A stretch of 64,000 nt of DNA from Nostoc sp. (GTDB lineage Bacteria > Cyanobacteriota > Cyanobacteriia > Cyanobacteriales > Nostocaceae): contig JBALDB010000028.1 in NCBI GenBank assembly GCA_036918135.1, positions 192,001 through 256,000 on the forward strand. Direction: 5' to 3'. Of the stretch, positions 53,059-62,712 are shown piece after piece. Within the stretch, counting starts at the first letter, position 1; each line of letters begins with the position of its first letter. Below the pieces are notes generated by a model. It saw nothing but the letters and a program-made list of their open reading frames with translations. It made no database searches and was not told the origin of the DNA. The position numbers were made by a program, and so were the translations under genes.

Positions 53059-54015
53059 TTAAGTATCGAAGTAATCAGAGATTTTATTTGAAAAAAATAA
53101 CATTTCTGCCATAGATAACTTGTTCATCAAATTAGCTTTCAAAAAAGCTTTTTCCTCTTCTGTTAATACAAACTTGTTTAGATAAGCTGTATGTAGTTGG
53201 CTCAACAATATCTCACAACGGTGCATTTCATCTGCTGTTGATAAAACTGCCGTTCTTGCGATTTGAAACATAATATGGGCATCTGCCAAAGAAACAGATT
53301 CACTTAAGAGTTCCGACATGGCATCACGAATAATTTGCTTACACGTTTGATTTTGTGCATCTACAAACTTTTGTGAAACACCTTCTGGATTTCTATACAA
53401 ATATCCTCTAATATTTGGCAGTATAGCTAATTGTGTAATTTGGCTCAATCGATACCACAAATCATAATCTTCTGCATGAATTCTATCGAGCCGATAACCA
53501 CCCACCTGCAATAATAAATCGCGGCGAGCGATAATTGTGTCATGAGAGAAGTATGGATAAAAGAGTAATTCCCAAGGAATTAACATTGATGGCAAAACAA
53601 AATAAGGGTAGACGTTGTTGCTGATTGTCTGCTTATGGTCGTCAATCACAAAAACACGCGTACCAACTAAACCAATATACGGATGCTGCTTTAAATAACT
53701 AACTTGTTCGGCTAATCGAGTCGGGGTACTATAATTATCTGCATCCTGACGTGCAACAAAGGTTCCTTGGGCAATCTCTAACCCTTTATTGAGTGTGCGA
53801 ATCAATCCTATATTTTTCGGGTTATGTACAATGATGATTCGTTGGTCTTGCTGTGCATAGGCGGCTAGGATATCAACAGTTCGATCGGTAGACCCATCAT
53901 TAAGAACAATTAACTCAAAGTCTTCAAGTGTTTGAGACAAAATGCTGTCTATCGCTCGGGTAATATACATACCCATATTGTATGTGGGCAGTATGACAGA
54001 TACTAACGTCTTCAA
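53059..54015 (-). CDS. Glycosyltransferase family 2
   Basis: VSVILPTYN, NDGSTD, QDADN, AEDYDLW; TTG start. Confidence 0.93.
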   Translation of the reverse strand: MKTLVSVILPTYNMGMYITRAIDSILSQTLEDFELIVLNDGSTDRTVDILAAYAQQDQRIIIVHNPKNIGLIRTLNKGLEIAQGTFVARQDADNYSTPTRLAEQVSYLKQHPYIGLVGTRVFVIDDHKQTISNNVYPYFVLPSMLIPWELLFYPYFSHDTIIARRDLLLQVGGYRLDRIHAEDYDLWYRLSQITQLAILPNIRGYLYRNPEGVSQKFVDAQNQTCKQIIRDAMSELLSESVSLADAHIMFQIARTAVLSTADEMHRCEILLSQLHTAYLNKFVLTEEEKAFLKANLMNKLSMAEMLFFSNKISDYFDT

Positions 54016-54278
54016 TTTGGAATTTTTCTTTGCTGTGTTGATTAACTATAAAAATCCGATTTGATTTCTAAAAGTTCTTTTGAGAATGAATTGCACCAAA
54101 CACAGAGTAGCTTACCGTAGGATAAACAACAAGCTAGTCAGGGAAAGAGATAGACGGAGAATTTCACAAATCAAATAGGATAGCTATTACAGAACACTAG
54201 TAAAAACACAATTCACTTGTCAAGCCCTTTTAAGAATTATATTTTCTCAATAACAAAAATATAATATTAAGCTTTGTT

Positions 54279-54298
54279 AAAAAAGTAGGAAAAGTAGG
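54279..54298. promoter_or_regulatory. Tandem AAAAGTAGG motif (also at 50307-50326 and 56307-56333)
   Basis: The direct repeat recurs in cluster intergenic regions, including one outside the duplicated block. Confidence 0.4.
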
Positions 54299-54523
54299 AG
54301 CAATCTGGAAATTTAATCAAACAATCAAAAGATTTATGTATGCTACACATTAACATTTGGATTAATACTTGTTTAAAAATCTTGTCAATGGTTCGACTAC
54401 GATTGCTTTGGTTAATAAAATGTAATCATTTTGTAGTCAATATCCTGTACCTTATTTTGCGATCGCACCTGCGAAATGTAAGCTCTAAAGTGTTTCCCTT
54501 CTATTCACATCAAAAAGCTCCAA

Positions 54524-55258
54524 ATGTTAAAGTTCATTATTGTTGGATATAGCCGCACTGGATCTTCGCTCTTGCAATTCGCTCTGCGGGAACACCCGGA
54601 AATAGAGATGTACGGCGAACTCTTTAGTTTTAAAGAGGAAGTGAGAAAAAACACCCCTGTCGGAAATAGCTCATATCTGGATGGTACAGACGCTGCTTTG
54701 TTCCTTAAAGACACAGTTTTTTGTGAGCGCGATCGCCAGAAACAAAAGTCTGTCGGATTTAAAATTTTATACTACCAAGCACGCGAGGACAACGAAGCCC
54801 GAAAGGCTTGGAAGTACCTTTTGTCACAGAAGGACATTCACGTTATCCACGCAATCAGGCAAAACCTGCTAGAGTGCTTGATTTCACGCGAAGTAGCTAT
54901 GCAAACCGAGCAATGGCTTCTAGAAAAAAGTTCAAAGACAAAATTCGTGGAAATAGCTCCCTTCAGAATCGAGGTGGAAAGATGCAAATGTTTTTTTGAA
55001 AGTGTTTTTGCTTGGCGAGAGTGGGCAACTCGCAGTTTTCAAGACCATCCGTTTATGACTGTGGAATATGAGGCCGATATTTGTCTAGCCTACCAAGAGA
55101 CAATGAATCGAATTCATGACTTCCTATCGGTGTCACCATACCACGCGCCGATGCCCCTACAAAAGCAGGCACAGAAAAAGCCTAGAGATCAGGTTTGCAA
55201 CTACGATGAGTTGAAAGAGTATTTCCAATACACACTATTTTCAGAATTCTTTGAGTAA
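54524..55258 (+). CDS. Sulfotransferase, NodH/Stf0-like (copy 1)
   Basis: 5'-PSB motif SRTGSSLL, EHP..GELF, VGFKI, 3'-PB motif IRQNLLECLIS, VEYE, LQKQ, NYDEL. Confidence 0.88.
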   Translation: MLKFIIVGYSRTGSSLLQFALREHPEIEMYGELFSFKEEVRKNTPVGNSSYLDGTDAALFLKDTVFCERDRQKQKSVGFKILYYQAREDNEARKAWKYLLSQKDIHVIHAIRQNLLECLISREVAMQTEQWLLEKSSKTKFVEIAPFRIEVERCKCFFESVFAWREWATRSFQDHPFMTVEYEADICLAYQETMNRIHDFLSVSPYHAPMPLQKQAQKKPRDQVCNYDELKEYFQYTLFSEFFE

Positions 55259-55295
55259 CTCTACAGCTTATCAGTCTATTTGTGGAAAAATAACT

Positions 55296-55330
55296 GCGTA
55301 GACGCTTTGCGGCTTGTCGTCAGAAATCGC
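55296..55330 (-). repeat. SDR5-like 27-nt insert in HIP1 (second copy at 56165-56199)
   Basis: Minus strand GCGAT-TTCTGACGACAAGCCGCAAAGCGTCTA-CGC. Confidence 0.7.
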
Positions 55331-55392
55331 ACCTGCGGAATGTAAGCTCTAAAGTATTTCCCAAATCTTCTATTCACATCAAAAAGCTCCAA

Positions 55393-56127
55393 ATGTTAAA
55401 GTTCATTCTCCTTGGATACAGCCGCACTGGATCTACGCTCGTGTATTTCGCTCTACGCAAACACCCGGAAATAGAAATGTACGGCGAACTATTTAATTTT
55501 AATGAAAAAGTGAGACAAAATATTCCTGTCCGAAATAGCTCATATCTGGATAGTACGGACGCGGCTTTGTTCCTTAAAGACACAGTTTTTTGTGAGCACG
55601 AGCGCGATCAACAAAAGGCTGTTGGATTTAAAATTTTTTACTACCATGTACGTAACGACAACGAAGCCCGAAAAGGTTGGAACTACCTTTTATCCCAGAA
55701 GGACATTCACGTTATCCACCTGATCAGACAAAACCTGCTAGAGTGCCTGATTTCACACGAAGTATCTGTGCAAACCGAACAATGGTTTTTAGAAAAAAGT
55801 TCAAAGACAAAATCCGTGGAAGTAGCTCCCTTCAGAATCGAGGTGGAAAGATGCAGAGGTTTTTTTGAAGGTATTTTCACTTGGCAAGAGTGGGCAACTC
55901 GCAGTTTTCAAGACCATCCGTTTATGACTGTGGAATATGAGGCCGATATTTGTCTAGCCTACCAAGAGACAATGAATCGAATTCATGACTTCCTATCGGT
56001 GTCACCATACCACGCGCCGATGCCCCTACAAAAGCAGGCACAGAAAAAGCCTAGAGATCAGGTTTGCAACTACGATGAGTTGAAAGAGTATTTCCAATAC
56101 ACACTATTTTCAGAATTCTTTGAGTAA
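55393..56127 (+). CDS. Sulfotransferase, NodH/Stf0-like (copy 2)
   Basis: Tandem paralog of 54524-55258 at period 869 bp. Confidence 0.88.
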   Translation: MLKFILLGYSRTGSTLVYFALRKHPEIEMYGELFNFNEKVRQNIPVRNSSYLDSTDAALFLKDTVFCEHERDQQKAVGFKIFYYHVRNDNEARKGWNYLLSQKDIHVIHLIRQNLLECLISHEVSVQTEQWFLEKSSKTKSVEVAPFRIEVERCRGFFEGIFTWQEWATRSFQDHPFMTVEYEADICLAYQETMNRIHDFLSVSPYHAPMPLQKQAQKKPRDQVCNYDELKEYFQYTLFSEFFE

Positions 56128-56560
56128 GCCTACAGCTTATCAGTCTATTTGTGGAAAAATAACTGCGTAGACGCTTTGCGGCTTGTCGTCAGAAATCGCA
56201 CGATCTAAGTCTTGTAAAGTTTTTAAGTATTAATACATAGTTAACTGTATTAAATATTTTATCTTAATACCAATTATTAGCTAGCGATCGCTTTAGTACT
56301 TATTGGAAAAAGTAGGAAAGTAGGAAAAGTAGGATATTTTGTATCAACCTTGATTATCCTGTTGATTAAGCTGTAGATTAATTTTTTATCCTTGAATTGG
56401 TTTCATCGAAAACGGCTTTGGTAAGAGGTAATTGTTGCCTATTATTAAGTTCTTTGTCCCCCTATAAACAAGGAGTTTTAACCTTTTATATCTTTTACTC
56501 TAATGTGTAATTTGTTGTCCCTGAACGCCTGAAAACACTTATTGAAGCGTAGCTAAAATA

Positions 56561-56590
56561 GCGATGTCTTATGACGAGCTACGCTAACGC
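56561..56590 (+). repeat. Degenerate SDR5-like insert in HIP1
   Basis: GCGAT-GTCTTATGACGAGCTACGCTAA-CGC. Confidence 0.65.
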
Positions 56591-56937
56591 CTATTCAATC
56601 TGAATCCGTTAAACCTATTCACAGTCAGCATTTAGATTTTTTAGTTCAGTCTGTTAGCTTAGGAAAAAGTCATAGTCATATATGTGTTTAATTTGACTTA
56701 AATATGGATAATTTGCTTTTTGTATTTGCCAATACAAATTTTTGTTAATAAAGCAAGAAACATGAAAGTGTCAAGTCAAAATTCATGTATTCTAAGTTGA
56801 AGCATGGAACTTAGAAGTGAGGAAAATCTGCTCTCAACTCGGCTTAATTTATTGTAGTCCGAGATATTTTTTCCGTACTACTTCCAACCATAAAATATAC
56901 CCTATAACTTACACACGATAATAAAGCAGCTACCAAA

Positions 56938-58110
56938 ATGCATCCTAAGACTGCGGTTAAGTTCGATCGAGAGACGTTCGACAGAATGAAGCGAGATATC
57001 GAGCTTCTATCTAAAACAAATCGAGGCAGACAAAATTCTCCAAGCTTTGCCACTGAAATTCCAGAAGAGATTGGTATTCAGCTTACCTATCGATGCAATT
57101 TAAGATGCGAAACGTGTTTTCAATGGAACGACCAAGGCTTTTTCCATCATCTGAATAAGGCTCAGTTGAAGGGTGAATTGGACGCTTCTATTTTTGAGAA
57201 GATCCTCTATGAAACTGAGTCTGCCAAATCAAACTTGTACTTATGGGGTGGTGAGCCACTGGTTCACCATGACTGGCCTGAACTTTGTCGAATGCTGGAG
57301 AAAGATCCCCGTTGGACTGTTATTTGCACTAACGGTCTTTTGATTGAGAAAGAGCTAGATTCGCTACTACCAATTTCTGCAAATCTCGTCCTCTTGGTTA
57401 GCGTTGATGGATTTCAGGAGGACAACGATGCTATCCGGGGGAAGGGTACTTTTAACCGTGTTCTGCATAACATTGACATCGTTCGCTCCCTACAAAAAAA
57501 GGGTGAGTTTAAGGGCAAAATCTCAATTAGCGCCGTCTTGAACGGTGAACTCGCACCTCGACTTTATGATTTCGTTGAATACTGCGAGAGCCTTGAAATT
57601 GACAGTCTGTACCTTGTCTACCCTTGGTATATTCCAGAAACTGTTGCCAACAAAATGGACGAGTATTTTAAGACCAACTTTGATTGGCTAAACATTTTAC
57701 CAGAGCAGCCCAAAGCCAGTTGGCACTCTTACACATACCATGTTGATACCGAAAAGGTGAAACTACTGCGTCAGCAAATTGAGAAAGTCAATACTCGCAC
57801 TTGGAATATACGTATTAGGTATCAGCCAGCTCTAGAAGCCGATGAGTTTTCTGCTTTTGTAGGTGGTAGTGATGAACCAGGACAAAGACGCACCCGATGT
57901 CTGTCGATTTCAAGCAGAATGGATGTTCTCGCTGATGGCAGCGTTAGCTCGTGTAAACTGTTTCCCGAATTTAATATTGGCAACCTTTATGAGAAAGGTG
58001 TTTTAGAGATTTGGCAAAGTGATGCCTTTAAAAGAGTGCGGGAAACTATCCACGGCGGGTTAACTCCGATTTGTTCTAAGTGTGTGCTTCTGTATCGACA
58101 CGGACTCTAA
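56938..58110 (+). CDS. Radical SAM protein with SPASM/twitch-type C-terminus
   Basis: CNLRCETC, GGEPL, TNG, SVDG; C-terminal RC...DGSVSSC...IGNL...CSKC. Confidence 0.93.
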   Translation: MHPKTAVKFDRETFDRMKRDIELLSKTNRGRQNSPSFATEIPEEIGIQLTYRCNLRCETCFQWNDQGFFHHLNKAQLKGELDASIFEKILYETESAKSNLYLWGGEPLVHHDWPELCRMLEKDPRWTVICTNGLLIEKELDSLLPISANLVLLVSVDGFQEDNDAIRGKGTFNRVLHNIDIVRSLQKKGEFKGKISISAVLNGELAPRLYDFVEYCESLEIDSLYLVYPWYIPETVANKMDEYFKTNFDWLNILPEQPKASWHSYTYHVDTEKVKLLRQQIEKVNTRTWNIRIRYQPALEADEFSAFVGGSDEPGQRRTRCLSISSRMDVLADGSVSSCKLFPEFNIGNLYEKGVLEIWQSDAFKRVRETIHGGLTPICSKCVLLYRHGL

Positions 58111-58152
58111 GACAATATTTAGCTGCTAAGTTGCGATCGTTGGAGTATATCA

Positions 58153-59901
58153 ATGAAAATTTTAGGATTCATTGGGCGTTCAGATGTTCCTCTAGCCCAT
58201 GACGGTGCTGCCAGCTTAATCATAAATAATAAAATTAAGTTTGCTCTCGAACAAGAACGCTTGACTCGTACACGATATGCCGAAGGTCAAGGGTGTTTTG
58301 ATGCCACGAAAGCGTGTTTAGATAGTGCTAACCTTCGTCTTTCAGATATAGACTATATTGCCTATGGCTGGCTTGAAGACCTCAAATCGGGTACTCAAGT
58401 TTCAGACTACGTGGTTTCATCCAACGAACTTACACCAATACTCTTGCCGCCAGAACTTTTTAAGTATACCGAGCCACCTGATATTCATTTTGTTAAGCAC
58501 CACTATGCCCATGCTGCCGTCACATTTTTTACTAGTGGTTTTGACAGCGCCGCCGTCTTGGTAATGGATGGACAAGGCGAGGGGGTTTCGGTTTCTCTGT
58601 TTCACGCCAAGGGCAACACCATTGAGCTAATTGAAACTTATCCCGTGGATACCTCACTGGGAATGTTCTATGGGGCAGCAGGGGCCCGCGCTGGTCTAGG
58701 TTGGCACTCTGGTCCTGGTAAGCTGATGGGGCTAGCACCCTTTGGTCAAGTTAGGGAGTCAATTGATTTTCACTTCGACCCAGACACCGGACGTTTCACG
58801 CTGCCTGCATTCATCCAAAAAGCCATTGATGACTCCCCGACACGCATAACAGCGAATGACATCGGCACGTTTTGGCTTGACTATTTCAAGAACTATCATT
58901 ATCCCTATCAGGATACGTGGACACCGGATTGGGAATTGGTTAAGGCTTACCATATCGCTCATTATGCTGACTTTGCTGCATCCGTTCAGCACACCCTAGA
59001 AACTATCGGTCATAATCTGGTACTGCGGATCAAGAAGTTAACCGGGGAGAAGAATCTAGTTCTCAGTGGTGGTTGTGCATTGAACTGCACTATGAACGAG
59101 GCATTGAGTCAGCAGAAGATTTTCGATAATATTTACGTCTTTCCGGCTGCCAATGATGCCGGGTGCAGCATTGGTGCGGCGTTAGCGGTATCTCATCTAT
59201 TCAATCCACCAACTTCACCGTCTGAGAGATTGCCCAGTCCCGCTTTTGGAAGTACGTTTACCAGCGACGCAATCATCGCGGCGATTAAAGACTACGGCTT
59301 TATCCCGAAAAAACTATCTTCAGAAGAACTAACTGAACGTGTAGCCGAGGATCTAGCTGCAGACAAAATTGTGGCTTGGTTCAGAGGCCAAGACGAATTT
59401 GGCCCTCGTGCTTTGGGGCGACGTAGTTTTCTAGCTAATCCCTCACATAGAGAAACTCTAGGGCGGCTTAATAAAATTAAAGGCAGAGAAATGTGGCGAC
59501 CCTTAGCTCCCAGCGTTCTGAGCGAAAAGGCAAAGATAGTGCTGGAAGGTTCGCTAGATCCGGGGCTACATCGCTATATGTTAGGTACAGCCACTATCCA
59601 ACCAGAATGGCGAACCAAGATTCCAGCTGTTGTTCATGTTGATTTTACCACCCGCTCTCATCTGGTGGAAAAAGAGCAAGATGGTATTTATTGGTCTTTG
59701 ATAAATCGCTTCTACCAAAAGACAGGTATTCCTTTAGTCTGTAATACGTCTTTGAATGTGGCGGGTCAACCTCTTGTTCACAAGCCAGAGGAGGTATTGG
59801 ATATTTACACTACTAAAGATGATGTGCAAACTCTGGTAATTGAGGACTTTTACTTAACGAAGCCTGATATTGGCAGAGAATTAGGTGGCGATCGCGTCTA
59901 G
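58153..59901 (+). CDS. O-carbamoyltransferase (NodU/CmcH/TobZ family)
   Basis: HDGAASL, EQERLTR, HHYAHA, MDGQGE, KLMGLAPFG, SGGCALNC, EFGPRALGRRS, REMWRPLAPS, NTSLN. Confidence 0.95.
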   Translation: MKILGFIGRSDVPLAHDGAASLIINNKIKFALEQERLTRTRYAEGQGCFDATKACLDSANLRLSDIDYIAYGWLEDLKSGTQVSDYVVSSNELTPILLPPELFKYTEPPDIHFVKHHYAHAAVTFFTSGFDSAAVLVMDGQGEGVSVSLFHAKGNTIELIETYPVDTSLGMFYGAAGARAGLGWHSGPGKLMGLAPFGQVRESIDFHFDPDTGRFTLPAFIQKAIDDSPTRITANDIGTFWLDYFKNYHYPYQDTWTPDWELVKAYHIAHYADFAASVQHTLETIGHNLVLRIKKLTGEKNLVLSGGCALNCTMNEALSQQKIFDNIYVFPAANDAGCSIGAALAVSHLFNPPTSPSERLPSPAFGSTFTSDAIIAAIKDYGFIPKKLSSEELTERVAEDLAADKIVAWFRGQDEFGPRALGRRSFLANPSHRETLGRLNKIKGREMWRPLAPSVLSEKAKIVLEGSLDPGLHRYMLGTATIQPEWRTKIPAVVHVDFTTRSHLVEKEQDGIYWSLINRFYQKTGIPLVCNTSLNVAGQPLVHKPEEVLDIYTTKDDVQTLVIEDFYLTKPDIGRELGGDRV

Positions 59902-60034
59902 TGCAGCTTTGCATAAGAGCGTGGCGAATTGAGTGTTGAAATTTAAACGCAAAGGGGCGCAGAGAATTCGCTACGAATTAATAAAATGTTGTACTTAGAT
60001 TCATTAGTTCCCGTTTGTGTGTCTGAGGTATGTA

Positions 60035-60931
60035 ATGCGGTTCTCTTTAATTGTGCCTACCGTCAACCGAGTCAACGAGTTAGGACGGCTATTTCAGTCC
60101 TTGGCTACCCAGGATCGTAATGATTTTGAGGTCATTCTTGTTGACCAGAATTTGGACAATCGATTAGAAGAGTTAGTTACTTCCTACACTCAGCAGTTCC
60201 CAATTTTGCACCTGAAGCAAACGAAACGAGGCTTATCTCGTGCTAGAAACCTGGGGCGATCGCACATAAAAGGTGATATCATCGCTTTTCCTGACGATGA
60301 CAGTGTGTACCCGCCAACAGTGTTATCCCAAGTGGCTGATTTTTTTGAGAATGAAGCTGCTTGGGATGGGGTAATTGCCAGAATCTTTGACTTGAATGAT
60401 GATAAAAATGCCTTTGAGTTTTGTGGGGGCGACGATAAATCAGGATGTGTTGATTACTGGAAAGGATATACAGTCGGTATATCCCATGCCATGTTCTTTC
60501 GTGCTTCTGTTGTGAAATCTCTGGATTTTGATGAAGCGATGGGTGTGGGTTCAGGGACACCCTGGGGCGCAGGTGAAGATGTTGATTATTTATTTCAATG
60601 TCTTGATGCAGGCTATCGGTTCTACTATGATTCTAAGTTATATGTAAGACATCCAAGCCCGCTTAAAAAAAATAACTTTCGCCAACAGATTCAACGAGAA
60701 TATTCTTATGGATTGGGTAATGGCTATTTGCTAGGTAAGCACAATTTACCTGAGCCATTAATCCATTCTGCTACACGTTCATCGTACCAACAGACTATTT
60801 TGGAAGTTACTAAAGGGAACTTGAAACGTGCCGCCTATTTCTTTGCCTATGGTCTGGGAACCTCGATTGGATATTTCCAGAGTATTAAGAAATGCCAAAT
60901 GGTTAATCTACCGAGCGACCAGCTAATTTAG
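60035..60931 (+). CDS. Glycosyltransferase family 2 (paralog 1)
   Basis: FSLIVPT, VDQN, GLSRARN, FPDDD, GEDVD. Confidence 0.92.
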   Translation: MRFSLIVPTVNRVNELGRLFQSLATQDRNDFEVILVDQNLDNRLEELVTSYTQQFPILHLKQTKRGLSRARNLGRSHIKGDIIAFPDDDSVYPPTVLSQVADFFENEAAWDGVIARIFDLNDDKNAFEFCGGDDKSGCVDYWKGYTVGISHAMFFRASVVKSLDFDEAMGVGSGTPWGAGEDVDYLFQCLDAGYRFYYDSKLYVRHPSPLKKNNFRQQIQREYSYGLGNGYLLGKHNLPEPLIHSATRSSYQQTILEVTKGNLKRAAYFFAYGLGTSIGYFQSIKKCQMVNLPSDQLI

Positions 60932-60946
60932 GAGAAATAAGATATT

Positions 60947-61846
60947 ATGCAATTTTCTCTAATTTTAGCAACTAAAAACAGAGTCACAGAAGTTGAGCGT
61001 TTTTTGCGATCGCTCGCAACTCAAAGTTATACAGATTTTGAAGTGATTGTAGTCGATCAAAATCGAGACGATCGCCTAGTCGAATTAATCGAATTCTATA
61101 GTCAAAAGTTTTCTATCTTGCACCTGAAACAACTAGAACCTGGGTTGTCGCGTGCCAGAAATCTGGGGCGATCGCACATCAAAGGTGATTTGGTTGCTTT
61201 TCCAGATGATGACTGCTTATATCCACCTGAATTGTTAGCTCAAGTTGTACATTATTTTGAAAATAGCCAGACAGAGGTTGTCATTGCCAGAGCTTTTGAT
61301 ATAGATGAAGATAAAAACGCATTTTTATATTGTGGCGATGATAACTCAGGTGTAGTGGATCTAGAAAGAGCATTTCGGATTGGCATCACATTTGTGATGT
61401 TTTTCCACGCCCATGTGGTAAAAGAAATCGCCTTTGATGAAACTATTGGCCCAGGTTCGGGTACACCCTGGGGATGCGGAGAAGATATGGATTATTTGTT
61501 CAAATGTGTTAAGGCAGGATACAACATTTATTACAATGCTCAACTGATTGTTCGGCATCCAAATCCATTCAAAATTTATAACTTCCGTCAACTTTTATGG
61601 CGAGAATATAGCTATGGTCGGGGAAATGGATACTTGATGGGTAATAATTTTCCTGCTTCCTTTATTAGGGCTGAGATTTTGCCCAATTTACCTTATGTAA
61701 TTACATATATCTTCCAAGGTCGGTTTGACTATTCTGCGTATGTTGCTGCGGCAATTATTGGGATGTCGCTAGGGTATTGGGATAGTGTTAGACAACCCAA
61801 AAGTATTCAGACCATGAAAAAATTAACAGGTGGTTCGATCGCATGA
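60947..61846 (+). CDS. Glycosyltransferase family 2 (paralog 2)
   Basis: VDQN, GLSRARN, FPDDD, GEDMD; AGGAG RBS. Confidence 0.92.
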   Translation: MQFSLILATKNRVTEVERFLRSLATQSYTDFEVIVVDQNRDDRLVELIEFYSQKFSILHLKQLEPGLSRARNLGRSHIKGDLVAFPDDDCLYPPELLAQVVHYFENSQTEVVIARAFDIDEDKNAFLYCGDDNSGVVDLERAFRIGITFVMFFHAHVVKEIAFDETIGPGSGTPWGCGEDMDYLFKCVKAGYNIYYNAQLIVRHPNPFKIYNFRQLLWREYSYGRGNGYLMGNNFPASFIRAEILPNLPYVITYIFQGRFDYSAYVAAAIIGMSLGYWDSVRQPKSIQTMKKLTGGSIA

Positions 61847-62712
61847 AATTTTCACTTGTCGTAGCTACTAAAAATAGAGTCAATGAGGTCGATCGCTTTT
61901 TGCGATCGCTAATGACTCAAAGCTATAGCAACTTCGAGGTGATAATTGTCGATCAAAATTCGGACGATCGTCTGATAAATATAGTCAATTCTTATATTCA
62001 GACATTCACTATTACACATATACAAAAGGCTAATCCTGGTACATCCCGTGCTCGGAATCAAGGGCTTTTACTCGCCAAGGGTGACATTATCGCTTATCCC
62101 GATGATGACTGTCTTTATCCTCCCGATCTTCTTGCTAAAGTTGCCCACTTTTTTCAAACTAATACAACCTGGGATGGCTTAACTGTCAGAGTCATGGATT
62201 TAGATAGTGACAAAGATGCATTTGATTATTGTTTGCAAAAATCAGGGAGAGTTGACCATCTGACAGCATGGAGCTTGGGAATAGGCCCGTCAATGTTTTT
62301 CCGGGCGGATCTAGCGAAAAAAGTTGCCTTTGACGAACAAATGGGGCCTGGAGCAACATGGGTTGGCGGAGAAGATACGGATTATTTACTGCACTGTCTC
62401 GATCGCGATGCTGCGATTTACTATGATTTTGAGCTATTTGTCAGACATCCTCAACCTTATGCAATTTATACGATTCGTCAGCTTGCATGGCGAGAATTCA
62501 CCTATGGTCGAGGGTTTGGATATTTATTGAAAAAACGGAATATTTCCTTATCAATTGTTCTCTATCAACTAGTTGAACCTATTATCCTGATAGGAAAATA
62601 TATAGCAGCTGGTAACTTCCGCTATGCATTGCCTTGTCCAAGCATAGGATTAGGTAGGGTACTTGGATACTGGGAGGGCGTACAAAAATTTAATCAGAGG
62701 AAATTTTTATGA
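61843..62712 (+). CDS. Glycosyltransferase family 2 (paralog 3)
   Basis: VDQN, SRARN, YPDDD, GEDTD; ATGA overlap with the previous gene. Confidence 0.92.
   Translation: MKFSLVVATKNRVNEVDRFLRSLMTQSYSNFEVIIVDQNSDDRLINIVNSYIQTFTITHIQKANPGTSRARNQGLLLAKGDIIAYPDDDCLYPPDLLAKVAHFFQTNTTWDGLTVRVMDLDSDKDAFDYCLQKSGRVDHLTAWSLGIGPSMFFRADLAKKVAFDEQMGPGATWVGGEDTDYLLHCLDRDAAIYYDFELFVRHPQPYAIYTIRQLAWREFTYGRGFGYLLKKRNISLSIVLYQLVEPIILIGKYIAAGNFRYALPCPSIGLGRVLGYWEGVQKFNQRKFL

Noticed and set aside
56200..56937. RiPP precursor peptide for the radical SAM/SPASM enzymes
   Set aside because: Only very short ORFs were found (e.g. MKVSSQNSCILS, MELRSEENLLSTRLNLL), without leader/core character; the context favours sugar substrates.
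45495..59901. Saxitoxin cluster (SxtO-, SxtN- and SxtI-like functions)
   Set aside because: No SxtA, amidinotransferase or Rieske enzymes in the window; the context is dominated by glycosyltransferases.
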